Source of the DNA: an uncultured Methanosarcinaceae archaeon | GTDB taxonomy: Archaea > Halobacteriota > Methanosarcinia > Methanosarcinales > Methanosarcinaceae | Assembly (NCBI GenBank): GCA_963721455.1 | Contig: CAVRJG010000054.1 | Coordinates: 128,001-192,000 of the forward strand | Direction of reading: 5' to 3' | DNA length: 64,000 nt | Shown: one piece after another, positions 1 through 10,612 of the stretch | How positions within the stretch are numbered: the stretch's first letter is position 1 | Layout of the letters: each line of letters begins with the position of its first letter | The notes under the pieces: generated by a model | Seen by the model: the letters and a program-made list of their open reading frames with translations, nothing else | Databases searched by the model: none | What the model was told of the DNA's origin: nothing | Translations under genes and position numbers: made by a program

Positions 1-214
1 TGGTAGTAATCTTATCGGCGTAGCTGGCGGATTCAAAGGACTTAAGCAGAATTTGAATAGAGAACACAAGGTTTCTTGTTTCACGAGAGATCTCTAAAAT
101 GACTAATATATGAAATATGGCAAACAAAACGGTACTCTGCTCGTGTATGTAAAAATATACAAAAAGTTTATTAATCAGATAGTCTATCTCTTAATTGGGT
201 AAGAGGGTTATTAA

Positions 215-460
215 GTGTTAATATTTAACAACCTCGATTTAACTCTTGATAAATTTCGCCAATTCTGCTCTTCAATATCAAATAACTAGACCTTCATCAC
301 TATGGACGAGTACGTGACTGCAGGCGATAAGCTTCTCAAGCGTTTTGTATTGATGCGCCACGACGTAGATAGATAGGTCATGGATGCGCTCAGAATCGCA
401 AATGTAGAAGAGGAATTTGGTATACGGGCAACCTACTACTTCAGAACCAGTAATACATCT
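215..460 (+). pseudogene. N-terminal fragment of polysaccharide-deacetylase-like protein (RHDVD family) with two in-frame TAG codons
   Basis: Manual translation from GTG215 (AAGAGGG upstream): DLTLDKFRQFCSSISNN*TFITMDEY...FVLMRHDVDR*VMDALRIANVEEEFGIRATYYFRT. TAG at 287-289 and 374-376; similarity ends near 455. Confidence 0.7.
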
Positions 461-695
461 TTTATCTCTTGTTGGGACAATGGGAAATTTCATTGAACTC
501 AATGAGACATATGGATTGTTATTTAATTATAATAATTCTGATAAAGCCCTGAACAAAGCGATCGAACTGGTCCAGAGTCCGAATGTCAAGAACGATTGGG
601 GGAAAAAGAGAGAACAATTGCTAAAAGACAAATTTGATGTCACTTCGTTTATAGTAAAATTTGTGGAAAAATTATGTGACCAAAGGGGAAGTACC
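461..695 (+). pseudogene. C-terminal fragment of DUF354-like protein
   Basis: SLVGTMGNFIELNETYGLLFNY...KREQLLKDKFDVTSFIVKFVE resembles DUF354 C-termini. No start of its own; runs in frame into ATG696. Confidence 0.55.
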
Positions 696-2027
696 ATGAG
701 CTTGAATAGGAGTTTGTTCATTCTTGCACATCAAATTGGAGATAGAAAATTTTATCATGTATATAAGAAACTGTGCCAATCCCAATGGAAATCTTACCAT
801 GATCAAAAAGAGGTCCAGGAAAAACAGCTTAGACACATGATCATTTTTGCATATAAGACCGTTCCTTACTACCATAAATTGTTCAACCAATTGAAACTGG
901 AACCTTCGGACATCAAGACGATTGAAGATCTTGAAAAGCTTCCCATCCTGACCAAAGATATTATTAGAAATAACTGGGAGGATTTCAAACCAGTTAATTT
1001 AGATTCAATGAAATACTCTGTATTTACAACAGGTGGATCCACAGGTAAGCCCTTCCAATTCAGACTGTTGAGGCATGATCGTTTTCTCTCTGGGGCCATG
1101 TTGTATCGTGGATGGGGATACGCAGATTATGAACTCGGGGACAAGATGGTATTACTAGCAGGCGCCTCTCTGGATGTAGGAATTGATTCTTTTATAGTCA
1201 CGGAAGCTCATGAGATCTCAAGGAATATTCGGAAGCTATCTTCTTTTGATATGAGTACTGAGAATATGCGACAATATGCAAAAGTGATTAATTCTTTCAA
1301 ACCTAAATTCATAAGAGGGTATGCTTCTTCTATTAATTTCTTTTCAAGTTTTGTTGGTCAGGAAAAAATTGAGATCACTGCTCCCCGAGCAATTTTTACT
1401 ACTGCGGAAAAACTGATGCCACACATGCGGAAGAATATTGAAAACGTATTTGGGCGTGAAGTCTATGATACCTACGGCATGAACGACGGTGGTGTGAGTT
1501 CTTTCGAGTGCCCGGAGCATAATGGCCTGCATATTGACACTGAAAGAAGTATAATGGAAGTTGTGGATAATAATAATTTACAACTGGAGAATGGAGTTGG
1601 GGGGATACTGGCAACGAGCCTTCATAATTACGCAATGCCTTTCATCAGATATGATACAGGAGATCTCGGACACATTATCAATGATGTTTGTGGGTGTGGG
1701 CGTGGATCCAGGTTGTTAAAGGAAGTCATTGGAAGGCAGCAAGAAATGTTGCAAACTCCGGAAGGGAAGTTTATTCATGGCGAGTTTTTTACACATATTT
1801 TTTGGGAAATTAATGGAGTTAGGGAATTTCAAATCATTCAAAATAAATTAGAAACTATAACTTTAAATATGGTAGTGGAAAAAAATTTTGATGAGAAACA
1901 GCTGGACAGGATCAGGGAGATAATTAAAAGGAAGTCCGATGGGTGGGAAATAAAATTTAGATACGTTGATAAAATTGAAAGGACGACGTATGCTGGAAAA
2001 TATAAGTTTGTAGTAAGTGAGTTATAA
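696..2027 (+). CDS. CapK-like phenylacetate--CoA ligase family protein
   Basis: TTGGSTGKP, DTYG, IRYDTGD and GR adenylation motifs. ATG696 is preceded by AGGGGAA; the track start at 417 includes a foreign fragment. Confidence 0.85.
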   Translation: MSLNRSLFILAHQIGDRKFYHVYKKLCQSQWKSYHDQKEVQEKQLRHMIIFAYKTVPYYHKLFNQLKLEPSDIKTIEDLEKLPILTKDIIRNNWEDFKPVNLDSMKYSVFTTGGSTGKPFQFRLLRHDRFLSGAMLYRGWGYADYELGDKMVLLAGASLDVGIDSFIVTEAHEISRNIRKLSSFDMSTENMRQYAKVINSFKPKFIRGYASSINFFSSFVGQEKIEITAPRAIFTTAEKLMPHMRKNIENVFGREVYDTYGMNDGGVSSFECPEHNGLHIDTERSIMEVVDNNNLQLENGVGGILATSLHNYAMPFIRYDTGDLGHIINDVCGCGRGSRLLKEVIGRQQEMLQTPEGKFIHGEFFTHIFWEINGVREFQIIQNKLETITLNMVVEKNFDEKQLDRIREIIKRKSDGWEIKFRYVDKIERTTYAGKYKFVVSEL

Positions 2028-2029
2028 TT

Positions 2030-3217
2030 ATGAAATTTAAAAATTTACTGATAATATCCAACAATTTTCCAAATAGGGATGGAACATATGTTGGAGGAAA
2101 TTTCGTGAAAGAACAAGTAAAGTATCTCAAAGAATATTTTGAGAATATATACGTAGTATCTCCAGTTGCTGTCGGAATGGAACTTTTGAGGAAGACGCGT
2201 CACGAGAATTATACATTTGATAATGTTCATGTCTATTTCCCAAAATATTTTAATTGTCCCTTATTTTTTAAATATGGTCGAGATATCTGGATATATTTCG
2301 AAGAAAAAGCCATAAAGAAATTAATTGAAGATGAGAGTTTAAGATTTGATTTAATTCATGCTCACTTTACATGGCGTGCAGGAGCAGTTGCTGTCAAGTT
2401 AAAGGAAAAATATAATGTTCCTGTGGTGATTACTGAACATACTTCTCAAACATTCACCAACGCTATAAAAAAGAAAAAATCTATATTTGTTCGATCATGG
2501 AACCTATGTGATGCAATAATTCGTGTCAGGAAAGGTGACATACCACTATTCAAAAGTGTTGGAATTCCTCTGGATAAAGTGCACTATATTCCAAATGCTT
2601 ATAATGATGAAGCTTTTCTGGAGTTAGATTCAAAAAACTGCAGAAAGCAGCTAGGATTGCCTTTAGAGAAAAAAATAATATTGAATGTTGGAAATTTGTA
2701 TGGTGAGGTAAAAGGACACAAATATCTCATCGAAGCTATGAACAAAGTTATAGAGCAGAGAAAAGATGTGCTGTGTTTCATAGTAGGAGGGGGAAAATTA
2801 GAGAATATGTTAAAAAAGCAAATTAGCTCTGCAGGTTTGGGGGATTATATAAAATTTGTTGGTAGTAAGCCATATGCTGAGGTCCCTCTGTGGATGAATG
2901 CTTGCGATGTGTTTGTCTTACCGAGTTTAAGAGAAAGTTTTGGTGTTGTTCAAATAGAAGCAATGGGTTGTGGAAAACCAGTTGTTGCGACTTATAATGG
3001 GGGAAGTGAAGAAATTATAACCTCTGAAGATTATGGGTTATTATGCGAACCAGCAAATTCAAATGAATTGGCGAAGAGTATTTTGTCTGCATTAAATACA
3101 TCATGGGATACTAAAAGAATTAAAGAGTATTCTACTCGGTTTACTTGGGATACGGTCTCTAAGGAAATTATGAAGGTTTATTCTAAAATCGGCTCTGTAG
3201 AATCCTCAACAATGTAA
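2030..3217 (+). CDS. GT4 family glycosyltransferase
   Basis: DLIHAH, KGHKYLIEA, PSLRESFGVVQIEAMGCGKPVV (EX7E motif). Confidence 0.92.
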   Translation: MKFKNLLIISNNFPNRDGTYVGGNFVKEQVKYLKEYFENIYVVSPVAVGMELLRKTRHENYTFDNVHVYFPKYFNCPLFFKYGRDIWIYFEEKAIKKLIEDESLRFDLIHAHFTWRAGAVAVKLKEKYNVPVVITEHTSQTFTNAIKKKKSIFVRSWNLCDAIIRVRKGDIPLFKSVGIPLDKVHYIPNAYNDEAFLELDSKNCRKQLGLPLEKKIILNVGNLYGEVKGHKYLIEAMNKVIEQRKDVLCFIVGGGKLENMLKKQISSAGLGDYIKFVGSKPYAEVPLWMNACDVFVLPSLRESFGVVQIEAMGCGKPVVATYNGGSEEIITSEDYGLLCEPANSNELAKSILSALNTSWDTKRIKEYSTRFTWDTVSKEIMKVYSKIGSVESSTM

Positions 3218-3295
3218 TTTATTTATATGACTTTTTGTTTATTTTGTAGATCTACAGTTTAAATTTCGTTTCTTTATCTTTTCAAAGGCCTAACC

Positions 3296-4585
3296 ATGTT
3301 CCATCTAAAATTCAGCAAAAATGCAAAAAATATTCAATGGTCATTCATCAGTCTTGCTACATCCTCTTTTGCACACCTGCTACTTCGAGTCGTGCTAGGT
3401 AAGGAGCTAGGACCCTCAGGACTTGGCCTGTATACTCTAGTCTTCACAATCTACTTGTTTGGTATGCAGTTTGGAACATTCGGGATTAGTGCAGCTCTGA
3501 CCAACTACATAGCCGAGTACTATGACGATCTTCCCAGGTTAAAGGAACTCGTCTCATCTGGTATTATCGGGTCCATTCTAAGCGGATCTATAATGGGGGT
3601 GTTTCTATACCTGCTTTCCAGTATTATCTCTATCCACCTTTTCCACAATCCTGAAATGGCAAACCTCTTAAGGATCACCGCATTATGTTTCCCATTTATA
3701 TCCATGCAGAAGGCTGTCATTGGAACTCTGAATGGCTTGAAGGAAATGAAACGGTATGCTATTGTTAACACTACCCAGAACTTATTGGTGATGATAGTAT
3801 CTTTTGTTCTGGTGATACTCCTGAATATGGATGTAAGGGGAGCTGTACTTGGCTTTGTTATTCCAACAATGCTGGTAGGCTTACTTTCTCTTACATTTAT
3901 AAGAAACTTTTTCATGTCACCAACAAAACTTATGATTAAGGTCTTTAAAGATATCTCAAGGTTTGGATTCTATGTTGTTCTTGCAAACTCTATCGGAATG
4001 GTCAATACACAGGTCGACAGCCTAATGATCGGTTATTTCATGAACGAGACTGAAGTGGGGTACTATGCGGTTGCGATCCTCTTTCTGCAAGCAGTCACCT
4101 TATTGCCACAGGCAGTACAGGCAGTAACAACACCCACAATTGCAGCCTACTACAGAAAAGGGGATTTTAACAATATCCAACAACTCCTCAAAAACACCAT
4201 ATTCAAGACATCGGCGGCTATATTATGTATCTCACTTATTCTTGCAATCTTCGGCAAGTTTTTGATTACCTTTTTATTTACAGGAGAGTTTCTCCCTGCT
4301 TACTTACCCATGCTTATATTATTAATTGGGTATTTCATTTATTCAGTGTATATATCTATAGGCGGCTGCCTTTCTAGCGTTGGCAAAGTTCATATTTTGT
4401 TCAAGATTGATACAATATGCGCTGGCTTGAACCTACTCTTAAACCTCATACTAATACCACGATTCGGACTCATCGGAGCTGCAAGCGCCACGTCCCTATC
4501 ATTGATTTTTACTACGTTAGTTAAGCTATCTTGTATAAGGCTATATACACAGGAAAAGCAAATCAAAATTAATGAATGCTTATGA
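3296..4585 (+). CDS. Wzx-type oligosaccharide flippase
   Basis: About 12 hydrophobic segments; LGPSGLGLY, DSLMIGYF, VGYYAVA, LIPRFGLIGAASAT. Confidence 0.9.
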   Translation: MFHLKFSKNAKNIQWSFISLATSSFAHLLLRVVLGKELGPSGLGLYTLVFTIYLFGMQFGTFGISAALTNYIAEYYDDLPRLKELVSSGIIGSILSGSIMGVFLYLLSSIISIHLFHNPEMANLLRITALCFPFISMQKAVIGTLNGLKEMKRYAIVNTTQNLLVMIVSFVLVILLNMDVRGAVLGFVIPTMLVGLLSLTFIRNFFMSPTKLMIKVFKDISRFGFYVVLANSIGMVNTQVDSLMIGYFMNETEVGYYAVAILFLQAVTLLPQAVQAVTTPTIAAYYRKGDFNNIQQLLKNTIFKTSAAILCISLILAIFGKFLITFLFTGEFLPAYLPMLILLIGYFIYSVYISIGGCLSSVGKVHILFKIDTICAGLNLLLNLILIPRFGLIGAASATSLSLIFTTLVKLSCIRLYTQEKQIKINECL

Positions 4586-4644
4586 TATTATGAAGTAATA
4601 TTAAAGGGTAAAATTTGATTAATTGTACTGAATGTTTAATTAAA

Positions 4645-4911
4645 GAGCTTATCCTAAAACTCAAAATTTGCTCTTGAACCTTGTATTTCGAATAATCGAT
4701 CAAGTTCCTGATCATGAACATAAATTCGGTGTTAATAGCTTAGGACTACGCGGTTGAACTTAGAAATCAATGAGCTTGTTTCAAAACTACCTTCAACTTC
4801 TCTGAACCAATATTTCATAAGATCAATCAAGACTAAAGAACTAAATGGAATAAAGGTTTGCAATTAAAGGCATGGAGAGCCGGAGTTTTGAACTAGGCTC
4901 TGGAATAACTC
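4645..4911. mobile_element. MITE family A (GAGCTYATCCYAAAAC ends), interrupted by a family B MITE
   Basis: Start GAGCTTATCCTAAAACTCAAAATTTGC matches the reverse complement of the right end of 26835-26963. Residual TGGAATAACTC follows the inserted element. Confidence 0.55.
4772..4900. mobile_element. MITE family B, about 130 bp (IS5-like GAGC..TTTCAAAA TIRs)
   Basis: GAGCTTGTTTCAAAA...TTTTGAACTAGGCTC; homologous along its length to the reverse complement of 7863-7993. Confidence 0.75.
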
Positions 4912-5046
4912 ATCATAAAGTATTTGGAAGATATAGAAGTTGTTAAATCACTAAATTCCTCAAAGAACTAAAGTCGATCTATGCCAGAGCCTCATCGACG
5001 CATTGTAGTATAATGCTACTGTTGAACCATTATAGGGGAACTTCCA

Positions 5047-6883
5047 TTGAGAGATGCCATAAAGATCCTGATATTACTGCTGTTTGTAGGGGGTTTATGT
5101 ATGCTGTTCTCATACATTGCAATCCTTTATAACCCCATATCGACAGGTGATTTGTTTGTATCGCATGAAGCAGCTTACGATGTCGGTATTTCAAAACAAT
5201 CTGGAAATATTGTTGCAGAAGATTATAATGGAAAAACAATAGCATCAGGGATCTCCAATCTTGACGATGAATCTGTTATTCAAAAAGCATTTGATTCAAT
5301 TACTGATGAGGGTATAATCTATTTTGATAACAGTAAATATAGTATATCAAGACCTATAACATCAATTGGTAAAAATATTGAAATAAAAGGAAATGATACA
5401 GAGTTCAATATTAATACAGGAAGCAGTGAACCTGGATTTTCTTTTAGTGGTGAATTAATAAAAATTACCCCTGTTTTGTATGATGCAAATAAAGGAAATA
5501 ATGTAGTAAGTTTAAAAGACGCTTCAGGTACAAGTGACGGCGATTTAATAAAAATTTATAATGATATGTTGTGGTGTCCAGATGATTACCCAGCCCACAA
5601 AACTGGAGAAATGTACACAGTCGAAAGTGTGTCCCGGAAACAATTTAAAATTAAATTCTAACCTCCTAAGGGATTATACTACTAAATTAAATTCAGAAGC
5701 ACGAATTTATAGGCCTGTAACCATAAAAATTGATGGTTGTACATTTCTAGGTACGGGTTCAAAAGAAGAAGTAAGGGGTGTAAAGTTAGAGTTTTGCAAA
5801 AATTCAAAAATATCAAATTGTTATTTTGACAACAATGGGATGGCTGCAATATCTCTCTACACATGTTACGGTGTTGACGTTAGTAAAAATATAATATTGA
5901 ATTCAAATATGCCAGGTTATGGATATGGTGTTTCAATTGCTAATGCTTGCACAGATATAACTATTCAAGATAATGATATCCAAACATGTAGACACTGCAT
6001 AACATCTGGTCGTTCGGACAATTATGGGGAAAATAGGGATATATACATATCAAACAATACTTTACATAACGGTACAAACGCCGTCATAGATTCGCATCAG
6101 TCAACAATAAATTACAAAGTTACGAACAATAAAATATATTGCGGCTCACAGTGTGCATTCCTTGATGGCACTGCGTATTCCATATTTGCAAATAATGAAG
6201 TTTATGAAGCCTACGGTGAAAACAGTAATAGTGCTATTTTTAAAAGGGGTCATATTGCTGATTCCAGGAAAATAATAACTGGAAATTATGTAGAATGTGC
6301 CTCTCTAATTTCTGAAAGTAATGGAAATATAAGTGAATTAACCGTCTCAAATAACAATGTTATAGGTACGAAGACAGCTGACGTAATATTACTTGATGAC
6401 ATGAATATTAAAAAAGTTGTTATCACTAACAATTCAGTAACTTCCGGAAGATCAGGGATACACATTACTGGAGGTAACATAACAAACATTAGTATATCAG
6501 ACAACACTATTGAAAACGTACAAAGAACAGGAATCTTGATTGATACCTCTGACACCATTTTAAATCTCTCCAACAACACAATAAACAATGCAAGTAGAGA
6601 AGAAACAGGTTATAGTGCCATTGATCTGTATAATGTAAAATATGCAAGTATCCATGGTAATAAAATATCCGATAGCTACGGTCAAACAAAGTACGGAGTA
6701 TGTGAAGACCCAGACTGTGATTATAATTCCATCTATAGTAATTGGATAGAAAATATGAACTCAGGCGTCATTTATATTCAGGGAACTCACTCGACAGAAA
6801 AAAACAATGGTGTCAGAAATAGCCAATTCCCCGCTTCCTCAGCTATCGATCAAAAGGTTACCGATGGTGGGATCAGAATCTGA
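5047..6883 (+). pseudogene. Membrane-anchored right-handed beta-helix (pectin-lyase fold) protein, split by a +1 frameshift
   Basis: N-terminal TM segment and Asn/Ile-rich PbH1-like repeats. ORFs 5047-5661 and 5561-6883 join (611 aa) if one C of 5633-5635 is removed. Confidence 0.75.
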
Positions 6884-6905
6884 TCCTTATAAGAGGTTCC
6901 TTTAG

Positions 6906-7096
6906 TTCTATCGATCCGTTGGAAATGTGACCGCTTGCACAATCAAGCACTATATTTAAGGAGTCGCAGAGGACACCGAAAGCAGAGTTTCAATCGCGTG
7001 GATTAAGGAAATCTGGGCAAAGGAAACCCGGTGATTTCTGAGAAACCAGCGTGTGGCCCGGAGCCTACTCTCTCCGTCAGGGTGAGATGGTCGCAC
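6906..7096 (+). mobile_element. IS200-type tnpA C-terminal remnant and right end
   Basis: FYRSVGNVTACTIKHYI (Y1 transposase catalytic-Tyr helix), followed by the end-like GGGTGAGATGGTCGCAC. Confidence 0.65.
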
Positions 7097-7314
7097 GCAA
7101 TTTGATTACTCCAATAGTTTCTGCAAATCTATGCGAATCATATTCTGCTCCAGGTCGAATAACGATTCTTAATAGAAGACCCTCCGAAGTTACAGCTGCA
7201 TGAATCTTTATTCCGTTTCTCTTTTGAATCTATTATACTCGACACTTTCTCCCCTTTTTGTTTCTACAAAACTGCTATCTACTGCAACAATGCCAGGGGA
7301 GATCTGTCCTCGCT

Positions 7315-7564
7315 CCGACCTTCCGCAGATGTCTTCAAGAAAATAACATCTCTCTTGCTATCGTTTTTGGATGTTTGCTCTAAAATTTGCAATTATTATC
7401 TCAACTGAAGCTTCCTGAAATATAAGTTAGAAGCTTTCAATGAAGATACAAGATTGAAAAGTGTAGGACATTTCAAAAAAACATGTTTGAATAAGCAGGG
7501 CAATTTTCAGAAAAACGATAGCAGAAAAAATTGTGAAAATTGAACGGACATCTGCGGAAGTCAG
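7315..7564. mobile_element. MITE family C, 250 bp, with 6-bp target duplication
   Basis: TIRs CCGACCTTCCGCAGATGTC / GACATCTGCGGAAGTCAG. CTCGCT duplicated at 7309-7314 and 7565-7570. Interrupts the IS5 transposase. Confidence 0.9.
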
Positions 7565-7862
7565 CTCGCTGATAAGAATCATCTTTGGGATAATTTACAA
7601 TCATATCCCAAATACCTTCTTCAGATCACCGTTTTAAATGTCTCCATAAAGTTACGTAAGACCCGTATTTGTTGGGCATATCTCTCCATTGACAACCTGT
7701 GACAATAACATAAAGAATACCGTTGATAATCTGACGATCATTTACTCTCTTTCTCCCATCCTCAGGTTGGGGAGGAAGGTGTGAGCGAATATAAGCCCAT
7801 TGAGCATCACTAAGTTCTTCTAAATGTATGTTATTTCCCTATCTAAAGTAGAATCAAATGAT

Positions 7863-7993
7863 GAGCTGGTTTCAAAATTCCGACTATTCATGTTTTTGAC
7901 CAAAAGCAGGTGTTCAATTTAGTTCTAATGATCTTGATTATCTTCTCAGAAATATTGGTTCAGAGGGATTGGAGGTATTTTTGAAACAAGCTT
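7863..7993. mobile_element. MITE family B, second copy (opposite orientation)
   Basis: GAGCTGGTTTCAAAA...TTTTGAAACAAGCTT; internal homology to 4772-4900. Confidence 0.75.
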
Positions 7994-8299
7994 GAGATAT
8001 AACTTTGAAACAGGCTCAGTGAGTAAAGTTATTATAAAAGTAACTCCTTTGATGTATAAAATAATTTGATATACATAGTTTGTTTAATTGCTTATAATCA
8101 TTTACTAAAAACATAAGGGAAGGTATTGCTTCATTAGTTGGTTGATATTTCATCTTAGAATACACTTTGTTCACTTGCACCTGTTGTATAAGCTTACTTA
8201 TGTACGGGTACACAACTCGGAAAATGGAAGCAGATGCGAGTATGCGAATTGTTTTGAAAAATATCAACTTATTATTGAGGGACCACTTAAGGGGAACAT

Positions 8300-10267
8300 T
8301 TGATGTTATTTAAAGAAATAGCACCAATAATCATATTATTGACTTTAATCATTTCGGCGCCAATTGCTGTAAAAATTAAACGTTCTAACCTCTTAACTAT
8401 TGATGGGATGTTTGCAATTTTTGGAACGATATTGGGATTACTAATATCCTTCTTGAACTTGATATACAGTAATAATTACCTTATCTCATTGGGGCCTCTC
8501 CTTACAATTGCATCCCTTTTGTACTTGAGATTTAGAACTAAATTATTGGCAGACGACATAGACCTAAACCTTAACCTTAGTAATCGGGCACTAAAGATTA
8601 TTCAAATTATTTACTGGATTTGCATTTTAGTAGCATTGATAAGTTATTATCAGGCAGAGCCATACTATCGCCCTATAATATTCTTTGTCAGCGTATCAAT
8701 GGCTGTAGGATCTTTAGGGCTAGAGATTTTGTCACGTACCTATGAAGAAGATGTCCTACTCTATACTTTATTTTCTAAGATACTCATATTATCCCTTATC
8801 CTGAGATTAAGTGCTTATTTTATATCCCCCTACCCTGTTGGTATAGATCCGTGGAAACATGCCGACTTGATAAAAGACATTTCCATCTACGGAACCAGTT
8901 ATTTGCCCAAACATTCATATTACAGCAATTATCCTTTGATGCATATCTATGCATCCATTTTAAGTCTCCTGGGAAACCTGACCACAAAAGGTGCAATGTC
9001 TATCATAGGAGTGGTGCTTACAGTTAGTACTATTTTTGTATATACATTTGTCAAAAAAATTACGAATAGTGTTCAACTTGCATTATTCTCAATGTTACTT
9101 ATAAATTTTTCAGACTTCCATATTCAATGGAGCATTCAATTACTTGCTATGAGTTTTGGAATTGCCATCTATACGATGATTGTCTATCTTTTAATTGAGC
9201 AAAAGGAGAAAATAAACACTCTATTCAAAATATTCTCAATGTTAGCCATATTCGTTATCACATGGACCCACACAATATCAACATTTATTTATATTGTCTC
9301 ACTGATCTCATTATGTGCTGGATCTTATATATATGAACGTATGTATGCCACTAAAAACAACTCCGCCAGATTGAGAGCAGATCTTTTTCTTTGTATATTT
9401 TCTATACTAATATTGATCTATCACTGGTCGGATCCAAGATATCCCTTTCTTGAAGGAACAGTAAATGGACTGGGAAATTCATTTTTATCTGAGGCAAAAT
9501 TCTTAGGGCGGAGCGCGATTCCGGGTGCAGGAGACTCCTTGTCCTCGATTCTTGACATTCTTGGGTTCCTCATTTTCATTTTTTTTGGGGTTATTGGAAG
9601 CCTTCACAGCTTATCAAAAGGACATCAAACTAGAACTAAAGTGTCCTTAATCTTCATGCTTGTTGTACTATTCTCAATCTTTTTTACCTTTCCTGTAATG
9701 GGAATCAGAAATATCGTGCCATTCAGATGGCCAGCGTTTATATACACGACTTTTGTATTGTTTTCTGGGATTGGAATCTTCAAAATAACCAGCACTATCA
9801 AAGGCAGACTTTTCAAAGCTGTTTTTATCTCTATATTACTTATAATATTTTCATTTTTTATGATAACGAATTCTTTTGTAGATGTGGATTCTCCTATTTA
9901 TGGAAAAAATCTCACTCACAAAATGATCTGGACTGAATCTGAAGTCGAAATGTGTAGAAATATTAACAATTCTTATGACGATCTTATTCTAACAGATGCC
10001 ATGACAGTCGATAATATATTCCAAACATATTTATCTAGAGGTAAAGTAGCAGAGTATGCAGTTACTCCAGCAGGAACTTTAAATTGGGAGCGTATGGGAG
10101 ACAAAATGTTAATTTGGAGAAAAATCAGTTTAGATAGGCCTATAAAAGTTCAATATTCTCCTAAAATGTTACTTGGACCTTTTTTTAAATACAACCTCGA
10201 CAACAAATGTCATGTGATATATGACAGTGGATATGCGAAGGCGTACTTAGGCATTAACAGAATATAA
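8300..10267 (+). CDS. Polytopic membrane protein of glycosylation locus (GT-C or polymerase-like)
   Basis: 655 aa with many TM helices; loop motifs GIDPWKH and YYSNYPLMH; soluble C-terminal domain. Confidence 0.75.
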   Translation: MMLFKEIAPIIILLTLIISAPIAVKIKRSNLLTIDGMFAIFGTILGLLISFLNLIYSNNYLISLGPLLTIASLLYLRFRTKLLADDIDLNLNLSNRALKIIQIIYWICILVALISYYQAEPYYRPIIFFVSVSMAVGSLGLEILSRTYEEDVLLYTLFSKILILSLILRLSAYFISPYPVGIDPWKHADLIKDISIYGTSYLPKHSYYSNYPLMHIYASILSLLGNLTTKGAMSIIGVVLTVSTIFVYTFVKKITNSVQLALFSMLLINFSDFHIQWSIQLLAMSFGIAIYTMIVYLLIEQKEKINTLFKIFSMLAIFVITWTHTISTFIYIVSLISLCAGSYIYERMYATKNNSARLRADLFLCIFSILILIYHWSDPRYPFLEGTVNGLGNSFLSEAKFLGRSAIPGAGDSLSSILDILGFLIFIFFGVIGSLHSLSKGHQTRTKVSLIFMLVVLFSIFFTFPVMGIRNIVPFRWPAFIYTTFVLFSGIGIFKITSTIKGRLFKAVFISILLIIFSFFMITNSFVDVDSPIYGKNLTHKMIWTESEVEMCRNINNSYDDLILTDAMTVDNIFQTYLSRGKVAEYAVTPAGTLNWERMGDKMLIWRKISLDRPIKVQYSPKMLLGPFFKYNLDNKCHVIYDSGYAKAYLGINRI

Positions 10268-10297
10268 ATTTTAACAGACATACCCTGGGAATAAGAC

Positions 10298-10450
10298 CTT
10301 ACTTTCGGCAGATAACTTGTTTTTCCTGATGTCTTTAGTGATAGCGTTTTGTTGGAAAACACATTACCCCCATACTAAACATTATTGCAAAAATAGTTTT
10401 GTTGTTTACATGTCTCATGAGATTCGAACCATATGTTAACCGCTCAGGAC
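10298..10450. mobile_element. Possible IS end remnant related to the family C TIR
   Basis: CTTACTTTCGGCAGATAAC resembles CTGACTTCCGCAGATGTC; no partner end seen. Confidence 0.35.
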
Positions 10451-10612
10451 TCTACATTTATTTGCATAATGTTTATAAAACGCAGTCACTTAATATATTC
10501 TAATTCTAATGTCGACCTGGCGAAAACTCAGAATCAATTTCCCTGTGTTCAGACCATATGCCCGAATCTATGTGAATTTCCCCTGTGTTAACATTCAAGA
10601 TAAATTTTATTA

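Larger units (their letters stand above)
7097..8017 (-). mobile_element. Decayed IS5-family element (transposase pseudogene 7829->7097)
   Basis: ELSDAQWAYIRSHLPPQPEDGRKRVNDRQIINGILYVIVTGCQWRDMPNKYGSYVTLWRHLKR*SEEGIW, then AVDSSFVET, an AAAAAGGGG site, and GIKIHAAV. End GAGCCTGTTTCAAAG at 8017. Confidence 0.85.

Noticed and set aside
2-97. Possible 3' end of an upstream CDS
   Set aside because: Only 31 codons visible and no identifiable motif.
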